From Patescibacteria group bacterium (GTDB lineage: Bacteria > Patescibacteriota > Patescibacteriia > UBA9934), in NCBI GenBank assembly GCA_041666145.1, contig JBAYHK010000004.1, positions 20,542 to 84,541 of the forward strand: a stretch of 64,000 bases of DNA, in the 5' to 3' direction. Below, piece after piece: positions 1 to 8,628 of the stretch. Both the position numbers and the translations under genes were made by a program. The notes under the pieces are model-generated. The model saw nothing but the letters and a program-made list of their open reading frames with translations. It did no database searches and was not told the origin of the DNA. How positions within the stretch are numbered: position 1 is the stretch's first letter; each line of letters begins with the position of its first letter.

Positions 1-3000
1 ACTCCATCTCCACATACAGACGGATCTGAATAACTCACTGATGAACCGATAAACGTACAAGAATCTGAACAACCCTCATCCCCATCACAATCTTCACCAA
101 TGCCGCTATCAGAAATAAGATCGACGCTATTGTTTCCGCAACAATCAACGTCAGAAGACGACGAACAGGCCGACAGTCCTTCGCGAATACATATCGACGA
201 ACATCCGTCATCATTTTCAATGTTCCCATCGTCACAAGTTTCATACGGCGTTGTAATAACGCCATCACCACAAAGCGCATTTCCAAGCGCGGCTAAACTT
301 TGAGATCCTTCACGCAAACACTGTCGAGAACATCCGTCACCGCTTGCATTATTTCCGTCATCACACTCTTCGCCAGCACGAGTAGTTGTGTTATATGCAA
401 CATCATTATTTCCACACGTAGCCTCAACTGCTGCAGATCCCTCCGCGAGACACATTGACGAACAGCCATCACCATCGACAAGGTTCCCATCATCACAGTC
501 TTCAGCAATGTCACTACTATAATTCACTTCGATGTCTCTGTTTCCGCAACAATTCGACCCAGAAGTTCCACATGATGATTCTGCGTACAAACAATCACTA
601 TTTGTTACACAAGCGCTACCGCTCAACGTACAAAGCGACGTCGACGTATCACAAGTCTCTATACACTCAGAGTCTGCAGTGCAAGAAGCTCCTGAAGAGC
701 TACAAACAAACGAACAGGCAGTACTGCCTTCATACAGACACATCGAAGAACACCCATCGTGATCTGTAGTATTTCCGTCATCGCATTCCTCTCCACCACC
801 ATTTGAATCTTGATCCAAAACACCATCACCACATACAGCCTGATACGCAGAACTTCCACCAGGAGTACAGCTCGCTGAACATCCTTCTGTAATACCAGTA
901 ATACTGCCATCAAGAAGCTCTCCTGACTGTGTATACCAAGCCGCAGTCGATGCAGTAGTTTCAGTATTTTGTGCATCATCAAGAATTGGATCTTCCCAAC
1001 TCCAGGCATAATCGCTACCAACAAGTCGCTGTCCAGAAGTCGAACAAGCGTCCGCTGCACCAAATGCATCAACGCTAAAGGCCGCAGTCTCGCCTATTGC
1101 TGTTGCAGTAGCAATAGATGGCGCGAGATCAATACGCTCAACAGAACAAAGCGTTCCGTCCTCACGGACTCGGAATGTCCAAGAATATCCCGTTCCATAA
1201 TTCGTTCTTGTTAAAGCCACGCCACTAACACTTCGAACCGATCCAGAAACGATAACTCGATAATACGTTCCTACTGTCAAAACTTGAGATTCAAACGTGA
1301 ATCCATTACATAACGTCCCCGCTGCATCACTATAAGAACATGACGGATTCGAGCTAACTTGCGTTAATGTTGTACACAATTCATTCGCACAAGAATACAA
1401 AAGAATATTTCCACCAGAAATAATGTCACCCTCTGTCATCGTGGTATTGAATAAAGCACCCACCTGAGCATTCGAACATGACTCAGTACAATCTGGCCAA
1501 AAATCCGAAATATATGGATCGGTAAAGTTTACTGTTAATTGCGAATCATCAGAAATCGCCCCTCCGCTCTCACTGTTTATTGCGGTTGCCGTAACTGTAG
1601 TAACGCCTTCTGCAAAAGCCTCAAATGTTGCACACGCTGTTGGATCTCCTGCGCACTCATTGTCTATAGAAGAATTGAAATCAACATAAGAATAAGAATC
1701 AATCGACCAATCCCACGCATAATCGTCATTATCTACAACAACGCATCCCGTTCCTGCATTTGCTCCAAATCCAGTTGTCGCGCCATCCTCACTCAAAGTT
1801 TCGCTTACAGGAGTCACAGTTACACGGTCAACAACACAATCTTCATCAGTTGCCGCAGTTGTAAAAGTCCAAGTCTCGTCGCTAGCCAAAGGAGTGGAGT
1901 CGATCGATTGCGCTACAGTCGAAACCGTAACCTGATATGTTGTATTTACATCAAAATTCTCAGTCGGAACCCACATGAAACGCGTAGCAGATTCTGATGA
2001 AGACACTGTTGCAATTCCCGAGACCGCCTCCGTAGTTGCACACGAATTATCCGTCGAGCTACTCACCGTCGCAGTGCACTTCGCCACCGTAACAGCATCC
2101 GCAACCGACGCTTCGTTCATGAGCGCCGTAAATTCTGCGTATACTGCCGCATTCACGCAGATCTCTCCTGATTCGGAGAATTCATTGCTTGGCACTGCAG
2201 AGACAATATCTGAAGAACATTCAGAAACAATCTGCGGCACCTCAGCAATCTCTCCAGTTGAAAAGCTCCAAGCATATGACGCGTAGACTCCTGCAGTCGT
2301 TACTGCAGATTCCGCAGAACCAACAGAAAAGTTTACAGCATTACTTGAAACACCATCCACGATTATCGATAAAGGACCGGTCGTAGCACCGACTGGAACA
2401 GGAACATCAATTGCGTCATTCGTCCAACGCGTCGAAGATGCTGTCGTAACACCACTATAGAAAGAAACGAGGTCGATATCACTTCCGAAGTTATCGCCAG
2501 CAATCGTGATACTTTCACCAACATTCCCAGATGCAGTAATCGCACAAATACCAGGAGTTGGACTATCTGTAGAAATAGTGAAATCTATTGAAGTCGATTC
2601 AGTTCCCTGACTGTTCGTCACCGAAACTGTATAAGCACCAGGAGCTATGTCTTGTCCGCTGTCATACGATTTCGGAACAATAACCGTGACTTGATCGTCA
2701 TTCCAAAAATCCGACAAACAAGCTTCAGGAAAATCAATACTCGCAGTAGCAGTGGTTCCATCACCGCCTCGGAATGTCACAGTTCCAACGCTACTTCGAA
2801 AATTCGTTCCGGAAATCGTTACGTACTGTCCAACCCCTCCAGAGCTTGGACTAATATCCGTAATTGTAGAGACATCGGTCTCTGGAACGTCGACAGTAAA
2901 GGAAATGGTATTCGAAGTGTTCCCGCCAACAACCACCGCAACGTCATAATCACCGGCATCTGCATTAGGAATAGTCACTTTCACTGTTCCATCAGCCCAT

Positions 3001-4721
3001 GACGTATACGAACCAGCTTCTACAGAAGAAAAATTCACCACCGATTCCCCTTGAGACTCTCCAAAATTAGATCCAGAAAGCGTGAGAGCTGACTCTGACT
3101 GACCAGAAGATCTTGAAAGTGTGCACAAATTCGGCATCACAACATCGTTCACGTCGAAATTTGAAACTAGTGCACCGTTGTCATCATCCGTGGCATCAGA
3201 AACATCATTTCCGGATGTAATTAAAATTGGACCATCGCCTGCACCTTCCGGTACCTCAACAACAATCTGCGTGTCACTCCATCCATCCGCACAATCATTC
3301 AACACAGTCGCCTCTACCGTTCCAGTCCCTGCCGCATCATAAAACATTACCGTTCCTGTATTTGCTCCAAAATCTGTTCCGGAAATTGTTACAAATGTTC
3401 CAACCGCACCAGAAATTGGAGCGACGTCAGTAATTGTTGGATTTGATGTACAAACAGACTCTTCACAAGATCCGCTTGAACATTCAGTAGCCTCTGTACA
3501 GCTCGAACCGTCACACGCACCACAATACGTGCTCAGTGAAGAGTCGCCTCCACAGTCAGTCCCAGTTTCACCAAGATCAGCGTCAGTAACTCCATTAAAA
3601 CACCACTCAGGTTGCGCGCGAACAGAAACTGTATCTGTATCTTCATTACCAGCAAGATCAAAAACAGTTGCGGAAATACTATATCGCTCACCATCCACAA
3701 AAGACTCGGTACTCAATGTGGTGCCAATCGTTGTCTCTGCTAAATGTCCAAGTGCCGGAACGCTGTCTTGCCAAACATCTTCAATAGAAAAGTCCGCAGA
3801 AACGACTACAACATTATCAATTGCACTTACCTGAACATCCATACTCGATGCCGACGCGACTCCAGCTCCACTCTCAGGAATAGTGATACTGGCCGAAGGG
3901 TCTTCAGTGTCAACATTTACTCCAGAAGTAAATGTCGCAGAGCACGGAGCGTCAAAACTACACGTCAAAATAACACCGTCTGAACTCTTTATGTTTTCCG
4001 TTGCAGCAATCGTGAATGTTGCATCTTTATCAAAACAGAATCGATCCGCATTCGGTTCAGGACATGCCGTACTCGGAGTAAAACGAATCACGTTATCTAA
4101 CACTGCATAATCTCCTGCAACCGCAGTACCAGATGCATCAACAATACTTAAATTTCCATCAACCGTCGTTTCATCTATTGCCTTACTAAATGTTACTCGA
4201 GGAACGATATTTCGAATTGACGTTTCTCCATCTGGAGAAAAGCTTGTTATTTCGAAAAGCGACGACGCACTGCCACCAAGACCAGATCCCGAACCAGAGC
4301 CTCCGCCAGCTCCAGAACCGCCAGATCCGCCTCCAGAAGCACCTGTTAATGCAGAAAGAACAAACGTCGCAATGCTCCATGACAACAAAATAATTACAAG
4401 TCCTATAGCCGCATTAATTAAAACCTGTTTTGCTTTATCAACTTTTTCCGGATTACCTTCAGCTGTCATCCAAAGAAAACCACCATATACAACAAAACAA
4501 ACTAGAACTATGCCAATGAATCCGAGTGCATAACGAATAATATTTCCAACAATGATCTTTGGATCTTCAGACCCGAGACCGGTGGTCTCTCCAACTGTCG
4601 TTAAATTCTCAGTAACCGCATCTGCAGCAAAGGCTACCTTTGGAAAACTACCAAAGGCTCCGAAAATCAATAAAAGTCCTAGTCCTATTCCTGCGAAAAA
4701 ATGGCGAAAAGAAATCTTCAC
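1..4721 (-). CDS. Giant cell-surface protein, partial (3' end/C-terminus lies beyond window start). It has an N-terminal signal peptide plus TrbC/VirB2-like two-helix membrane module, a Gly/Ser linker, four or more IPT/TIG-like repeats, and C-terminal CxxDDGN...DGCSxxC Cys-rich repeats (DUF4215 / Myxococcus-type)
   Basis: The minus frame with codon phase set by GTG at 4721 is open across all 4721 nt. No long ORF is listed in the track because the stop is outside the window. Hand translation gives VKISFRHFFAGIGLGLLLIFGAFGSFPKVAFAADA...GFLWMTAEGNPEKVDKAKQVLINAAIGLVIILLSW...GGSGGSGAGGGSGSGSG, then IPT-like ISGTDFGANTGTVMFYD repeats, then GDGVxxxxEECDDGNxxxGDGCSxxC repeats. The N-terminus aligns with the downstream paralog 4732..6561. 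Confidence 0.75.
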   Translation of the reverse strand, partial: MKISFRHFFAGIGLGLLLIFGAFGSFPKVAFAADAVTENLTTVGETTGLGSEDPKIIVGNIIRYALGFIGIVLVCFVVYGGFLWMTAEGNPEKVDKAKQVLINAAIGLVIILLSWSIATFVLSALTGASGGGSGGSGAGGGSGSGSGLGGSASSLFEITSFSPDGETSIRNIVPRVTFSKAIDETTVDGNLSIVDASGTAVAGDYAVLDNVIRFTPSTACPEPNADRFCFDKDATFTIAATENIKSSDGVILTCSFDAPCSATFTSGVNVDTEDPSASITIPESGAGVASASSMDVQVSAIDNVVVVSADFSIEDVWQDSVPALGHLAETTIGTTLSTESFVDGERYSISATVFDLAGNEDTDTVSVRAQPEWCFNGVTDADLGETGTDCGGDSSLSTYCGACDGSSCTEATECSSGSCEESVCTSNPTITDVAPISGAVGTFVTISGTDFGANTGTVMFYDAAGTGTVEATVLNDCADGWSDTQIVVEVPEGAGDGPILITSGNDVSDATDDDNGALVSNFDVNDVVMPNLCTLSRSSGQSESALTLSGSNFGESQGESVVNFSSVEAGSYTSWADGTVKVTIPNADAGDYDVAVVVGGNTSNTISFTVDVPETDVSTITDISPSSGGVGQYVTISGTNFRSSVGTVTFRGGDGTTATASIDFPEACLSDFWNDDQVTVIVPKSYDSGQDIAPGAYTVSVTNSQGTESTSIDFTISTDSPTPGICAITASGNVGESITIAGDNFGSDIDLVSFYSGVTTASSTRWTNDAIDVPVPVGATTGPLSIIVDGVSSNAVNFSVGSAESAVTTAGVYASYAWSFSTGEIAEVPQIVSECSSDIVSAVPSNEFSESGEICVNAAVYAEFTALMNEASVADAVTVAKCTATVSSSTDNSCATTEAVSGIATVSSSESATRFMWVPTENFDVNTTYQVTVSTVAQSIDSTPLASDETWTFTTAATDEDCVVDRVTVTPVSETLSEDGATTGFGANAGTGCVVVDNDDYAWDWSIDSYSYVDFNSSIDNECAGDPTACATFEAFAEGVTTVTATAINSESGGAISDDSQLTVNFTDPYISDFWPDCTESCSNAQVGALFNTTMTEGDIISGGNILLYSCANELCTTLTQVSSNPSCSYSDAAGTLCNGFTFESQVLTVGTYYRVIVSGSVRSVSGVALTRTNYGTGYSWTFRVREDGTLCSVERIDLAPSIATATAIGETAAFSVDAFGAADACSTSGQRLVGSDYAWSWEDPILDDAQNTETTASTAAWYTQSGELLDGSITGITEGCSASCTPGGSSAYQAVCGDGVLDQDSNGGGEECDDGNTTDHDGCSSMCLYEGSTACSFVCSSSGASCTADSECIETCDTSTSLCTLSGSACVTNSDCLYAESSCGTSGSNCCGNRDIEVNYSSDIAEDCDDGNLVDGDGCSSMCLAEGSAAVEATCGNNDVAYNTTTRAGEECDDGNNASGDGCSRQCLREGSQSLAALGNALCGDGVITTPYETCDDGNIENDDGCSSICIREGLSACSSSSDVDCCGNNSVDLISDSGIGEDCDGDEGCSDSCTFIGSSVSYSDPSVCGDG

Positions 4722-4731
4722 AAATGAATGT

Positions 4732-6543
4732 TTAGAAGAGCGTACATGCCGTCGACTGAGGAGTGCCATTACAACAATATGGAGAACTTGCAGTTGTCCC
4801 ACAACTACCACCGTTACTATCTGGGCCTTCCCCTGGAACAAAACAATTCTGATACTCGTTAAGAACTCCTTCGTTCGCCGCAACGCCATACATGAATGAC
4901 AAAGGAGGAACCGCCACTGAATCAGACGCAAGGAATGTTCCATGCTCAATCGTCACCATTGTTTTTACTGGAATTTGTGAATCAGTTAATACTTCTTCAT
5001 TTGCATCAGTCAACCAAACTGTTCTAAAGGCATACCAAAGTTCATGATCGTCGTTAGAATTGACCTCTTTATTTGAAAGCTCGATATTCGAAGAGTTCAC
5101 GCTCGATGTGTCTAATATTGAATCAAATGTAATCTGAATGGATTGGTCTAACGCAATATTTTCACTCAAAATTTCCGGAGCAATGCTTTCAATCGCTGGA
5201 GCGTCAAGATTTATATTATTTGTAGTAGTAAAACTCCAAATGTAATCATCGCCTGCACTGACGACACCATCACCATTTCCATCCATAGAGTTTCCTGACG
5301 TATCAACAATTCCATCGTAAGGATATATCGAAGCCGTCGGGTCTGTTGACGACGTTGGAGTAGCGGAAGCAATAGACGCTGTCACTAATTGACCACCAGG
5401 AAGGCAGTAAATCGTCTCACCACATGAGTTCGTTCCACAAGCGTCAGTAGTTGTGAATGTAACAGTTCGATATCCATTTCCAATTGTATATTCGCCTGCG
5501 GTTGGTGCAGACACCGACGCACCAACAACCTGAATATTCGAAAAACCACTTTCAGCTTCACGAATTCCAGAGGCGGAAGTTGGATCGACTGCCTCGCTAA
5601 ATGTCATCTGAACAGTAATGTTCCTATCTTTTGTCGAATTTGCCGATGGGGCAATGTTTTCAACTGTAGGTGGAGTAATATCGACTGTTGTTCCGGTTGT
5701 GAAGTACCAAAGGTATCCTCCGTCATCGATCATGGTCGCTCCTGTTGCGTCTTGAATTGAATCGCTCAAAAAGACTGCATACGTCACATCAGCAGTCGCA
5801 GAGCCAAGATATTCAGCTGGATCAAAAGAAAATGTTTTTAAATCATCAGTAAACGACACCGCCACATTCGTCAACGCGGAAGAATCACCAGTATCACGAA
5901 CATAAATTTTTACGTTTTCTGTATTTATTGCCGTTGCGACAGTATCGTCAGATACGTCTTCTGGAGTTCCGTTTGTATTGTATCCGTCAATAAACGATGA
6001 AATGTCCATTGCATCTCTAAACGTCACAAAAATCCGTGTATTTCGAGAAACGTCGGTGGCATTACGTGCTGGATAATGGTCTCTAATTGCGCCAGAGCCA
6101 AGCGAATTTGAAAGCCTTTCAACAGAAATACTACCCGAGCCATCTCCACTTCCGCTCCCCCCTGTTGCACCTCCGAGCGTATTCAAAATAAACGTCGCAA
6201 TCGCATAAGCAGAAAGTGTTATCACCAAACCAACAACTGCATTAATTAAGATCGCCTTTGCTTTCTCAACCCTCTTGCCATCTCCTCCTGCCGTCATCCA
6301 AATTGCACCAGCGTAAACAAAAAGGATCAAACAAATCACGCCAAGCAAACTCAATGCAACATTAATAACACGACCGATAATTGTCAGTAAATCTGTGTCT
6401 GCAAAACCGCCACCAGTTCCAACGGTGGCAAGATTTGCATCAGCGGCAAACGCGAAAAATGGAACAGCGATCAAGAACCCAATTGCAACAAAGAAAGAAC
6501 CGCGTTTGAACGCTCGAAAAAAAGAAGGGTTGAACACATGCAT
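4732..6543 (-). CDS. Surface protein paralog (~600 aa) with signal peptide plus TrbC/VirB2-like membrane module, GSGSGDGSGS linker and Big_5/SbsA-like Ig domains. Track ORF extends to 6561; start at MHVFNPSFF (6543) preferred by alignment to the paralog
   Basis: ORF 4732..6561. Two hydrophobic helices INVALSLLGVICLILFVYAGAIWM / LINAVVGLVITLSAYAIATFIL are separated by GGDGKRVEKAKA, matching VirB2/TrbC topology. ITPPTVENIAP...MTFSEAVD is Ig-like. Confidence 0.8.
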   Translation of the reverse strand: MHVFNPSFFRAFKRGSFFVAIGFLIAVPFFAFAADANLATVGTGGGFADTDLLTIIGRVINVALSLLGVICLILFVYAGAIWMTAGGDGKRVEKAKAILINAVVGLVITLSAYAIATFILNTLGGATGGSGSGDGSGSISVERLSNSLGSGAIRDHYPARNATDVSRNTRIFVTFRDAMDISSFIDGYNTNGTPEDVSDDTVATAINTENVKIYVRDTGDSSALTNVAVSFTDDLKTFSFDPAEYLGSATADVTYAVFLSDSIQDATGATMIDDGGYLWYFTTGTTVDITPPTVENIAPSANSTKDRNITVQMTFSEAVDPTSASGIREAESGFSNIQVVGASVSAPTAGEYTIGNGYRTVTFTTTDACGTNSCGETIYCLPGGQLVTASIASATPTSSTDPTASIYPYDGIVDTSGNSMDGNGDGVVSAGDDYIWSFTTTNNINLDAPAIESIAPEILSENIALDQSIQITFDSILDTSSVNSSNIELSNKEVNSNDDHELWYAFRTVWLTDANEEVLTDSQIPVKTMVTIEHGTFLASDSVAVPPLSFMYGVAANEGVLNEYQNCFVPGEGPDSNGGSCGTTASSPYCCNGTPQSTACTLF

Positions 6544-6577
6544 GGCAGAAGTATACCGCAAATGTGTTCAACCCTTT

Positions 6578-7672
6578 TTACGCACCTTGGGGAAAACGGC
6601 TTGCAATTGCACGCCGCAAATCATCAAGACCTTCACCAGTTACTGCAGAAACAGCAATCGCATTTTTCGGCACAGGAAATGACATTGAACCTAATGCATC
6701 AACCTTGTTGTACACACGAAGTCGTCGATTCTCCGGCACACTGAGCTCTGTCAAAATATCATCAACGACTTCAATCTTTTCATCTCGTTTATCATCTGCC
6801 GCATCAATAACGTGCAAGAGTACATCCGCACCAAGCGCCTCTGATAACGTCGATCGAAATGCTGCAATTAAACTTGGAGGCAACCCCTGAATAAATCCAA
6901 TCGTATCTGAAAGCAAGGCGGTTCCCTCAAGATCTGGCAAATACATTGTTCCAACACGAGTATCGAGTGTGGCGAACAAAGCGTTCGCTGCGTACTCCTT
7001 TCGTTTTGTTAAAGCGTTCAATAACGATGTTTTCCCAGCATTCGTATATCCAACCAATGCCACAGTTCGTTCCCCCATTCTCGCTCTCCGTTCTCTCTGC
7101 AAATCTCTCACTCCTTGATACTTCTCTAATCGCTTTAAAATCGCGCGCTCCTGATCTCGCAAATGACGCTTCATGGCTTCTGTATTTCCCTCTCCGCTTC
7201 CACCACGTGTTCCCGTTCCACCTCGCTGTCTTCCAAGCTCCTCACTCATGTTGTAAATGCGTGGCCCCATGTGTCGCAGTCGAGCAAGTTCAATTTCAAG
7301 TTTTGCCTCTGCAGTGCTTGCATGCTTTTCAAAAATATTCAAAATCAAATCAATCCTATCCCACACTTTCATCTTTGCAGGTCGCAACAATTCTTCTAAA
7401 TTAAAAATCTGCTGTGGTTTAAGCGGATGATTCACCACAAACAAATCCGCGCCAAGTTCTTTCGACTCCGCGATCAATTCTTCTACGCGTCCCTTGCCAA
7501 TAAACGTCTGATAGTCTGGTTTTGCTTTTCGTTGAATTGTTTTTACAACGACTGCACCTCCATACGTTCGAACAAGTTCTTCAAGCTCCGTCATTCTATC
7601 TTCTGCCTCACGTTTATCTGCAGAAAAATGAATAAGATCGGCAAGGACTGCTTTGTGAATATGCGTCGACAT
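6578..7672 (-). CDS. hflX: GTPase HflX
   Basis: G1 motif GYTNAGKTSLLNALT, DTIGF, NKVD; HflX-type N-terminal domain; start overlaps yqeY stop (TAATG). Confidence 0.9.
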   Translation of the reverse strand: MSTHIHKAVLADLIHFSADKREAEDRMTELEELVRTYGGAVVVKTIQRKAKPDYQTFIGKGRVEELIAESKELGADLFVVNHPLKPQQIFNLEELLRPAKMKVWDRIDLILNIFEKHASTAEAKLEIELARLRHMGPRIYNMSEELGRQRGGTGTRGGSGEGNTEAMKRHLRDQERAILKRLEKYQGVRDLQRERRARMGERTVALVGYTNAGKTSLLNALTKRKEYAANALFATLDTRVGTMYLPDLEGTALLSDTIGFIQGLPPSLIAAFRSTLSEALGADVLLHVIDAADDKRDEKIEVVDDILTELSVPENRRLRVYNKVDALGSMSFPVPKNAIAVSAVTGEGLDDLRRAIASRFPQGA

Positions 7673-8121
7673 TATTCTTTTTTTAAAATGTTATCGACTG
7701 CTGCTTTTATCCGTGACCCATCTGCAAACTCTTTCAAGTCTGCCATAAGCGCACCCATGGCCTTCCCAACGCTTGCCATGTCTGTAATCCCAAGTTCCGC
7801 AAGCTTTGTACGAACCTTTGCTTCAAGCTCTTCTTGGCTCATCTGCTCTGGCAAATACTTTTCCAAAATCGCAATCTCCTCACGTGCAGCGACTACCAAA
7901 TCTTCCCGTGCTGCAGAAACAAACGAATCTAACCCGTCCTTCAGCTTCTTCACGTCACTCTTAATCGTTGCCATTACCTCGGCGTCGTCGAGCTCCTTCC
8001 CAACATCGATCGCCTTGTTCTTGAGTGACGCAATAAGCATCCGCACCGTGTCGAGCGTTCTCACGTCCTTATTCTTCATTGCCGTCTTCATGTCCTCACG
8101 GATCTGTTCGTATAAAGTCAT
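7672..8121 (-). CDS. yqeY: GatB/YqeY domain protein
   Basis: MTLYEQIREDMKTAMKNKD...YLPEQMSQEEL; ORF extends to 8163 but conserved start is MTLYEQ. Confidence 0.8.
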   Translation of the reverse strand: MTLYEQIREDMKTAMKNKDVRTLDTVRMLIASLKNKAIDVGKELDDAEVMATIKSDVKKLKDGLDSFVSAAREDLVVAAREEIAILEKYLPEQMSQEELEAKVRTKLAELGITDMASVGKAMGALMADLKEFADGSRIKAAVDNILKKE

Positions 8122-8217
8122 ATGGAAAGAGTATGGAGTCGAAACAAAAAAGAGACAAGACAAGGAGATGCCAATATTACAAAAGCCGTCTCAGATTTCT
8201 CAAAGACGGCTCTTGTT

Positions 8218-8469
8218 TTATCGACGGGTTGGCTTTCGCAAATCCTCTTCTTTAACCTTTCCTGTTTTCAATAAGTATTCGCGACGTTCACCCATGGTCA
8301 AGCTTCGCAGCTTGCTCTTATGAGTCTTATTCTTCTTTGCTGTTTTTGCAAAATATCGTCCAGCACGGACGTCGAGCGCTTTTCCACTCTGTTGCAAACG
8401 ACGGCTAAAGCGACGAAAAACCGCTTCAAAGCTCTCACCTTTTTTTCTTTTTACTTCAATATCAGACAT
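8218..8469 (-). CDS. rpsU: 30S ribosomal protein S21
   Basis: 83 aa, basic, ...ESFEAVFRRFSRRLQQSGKALDVRAGRYFAKTAKKNKTHK. Confidence 0.85.
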   Translation of the reverse strand: MSDIEVKRKKGESFEAVFRRFSRRLQQSGKALDVRAGRYFAKTAKKNKTHKSKLRSLTMGERREYLLKTGKVKEEDLRKPTRR

Positions 8470-8628
8470 ATTTTTGTTCCTCCCTTCAGGAATGTGAGGA
8501 TGATATCAGATCATAAAAAACCAAGCAAGATGGCCCTAAATAGAAAAGCCCCCGGACACCATCTTGCGATGGATCCGAGGACTCATGTGCCATGCAGCCG
8601 TTGCTGCATGGGCCGTGCCGAACTGGAC

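Noticed and set aside
100-4393. Many 60-150-aa ORFs on both strands across the first 4.7 kb
   Set aside because: All lie in frames other than the single minus-strand frame that is open over the entire region and translates into a coherent multi-domain protein. They are out-of-frame shadows of the giant gene.
4390-4420. Extra palindrome-family copy at AAGTCCTATAGCC inside the giant gene
   Set aside because: It is only a half-site arising from codons ATA-GGA-CTT (Ile-Gly-Leu) in the hydrophobic helix, with no inverted partner.
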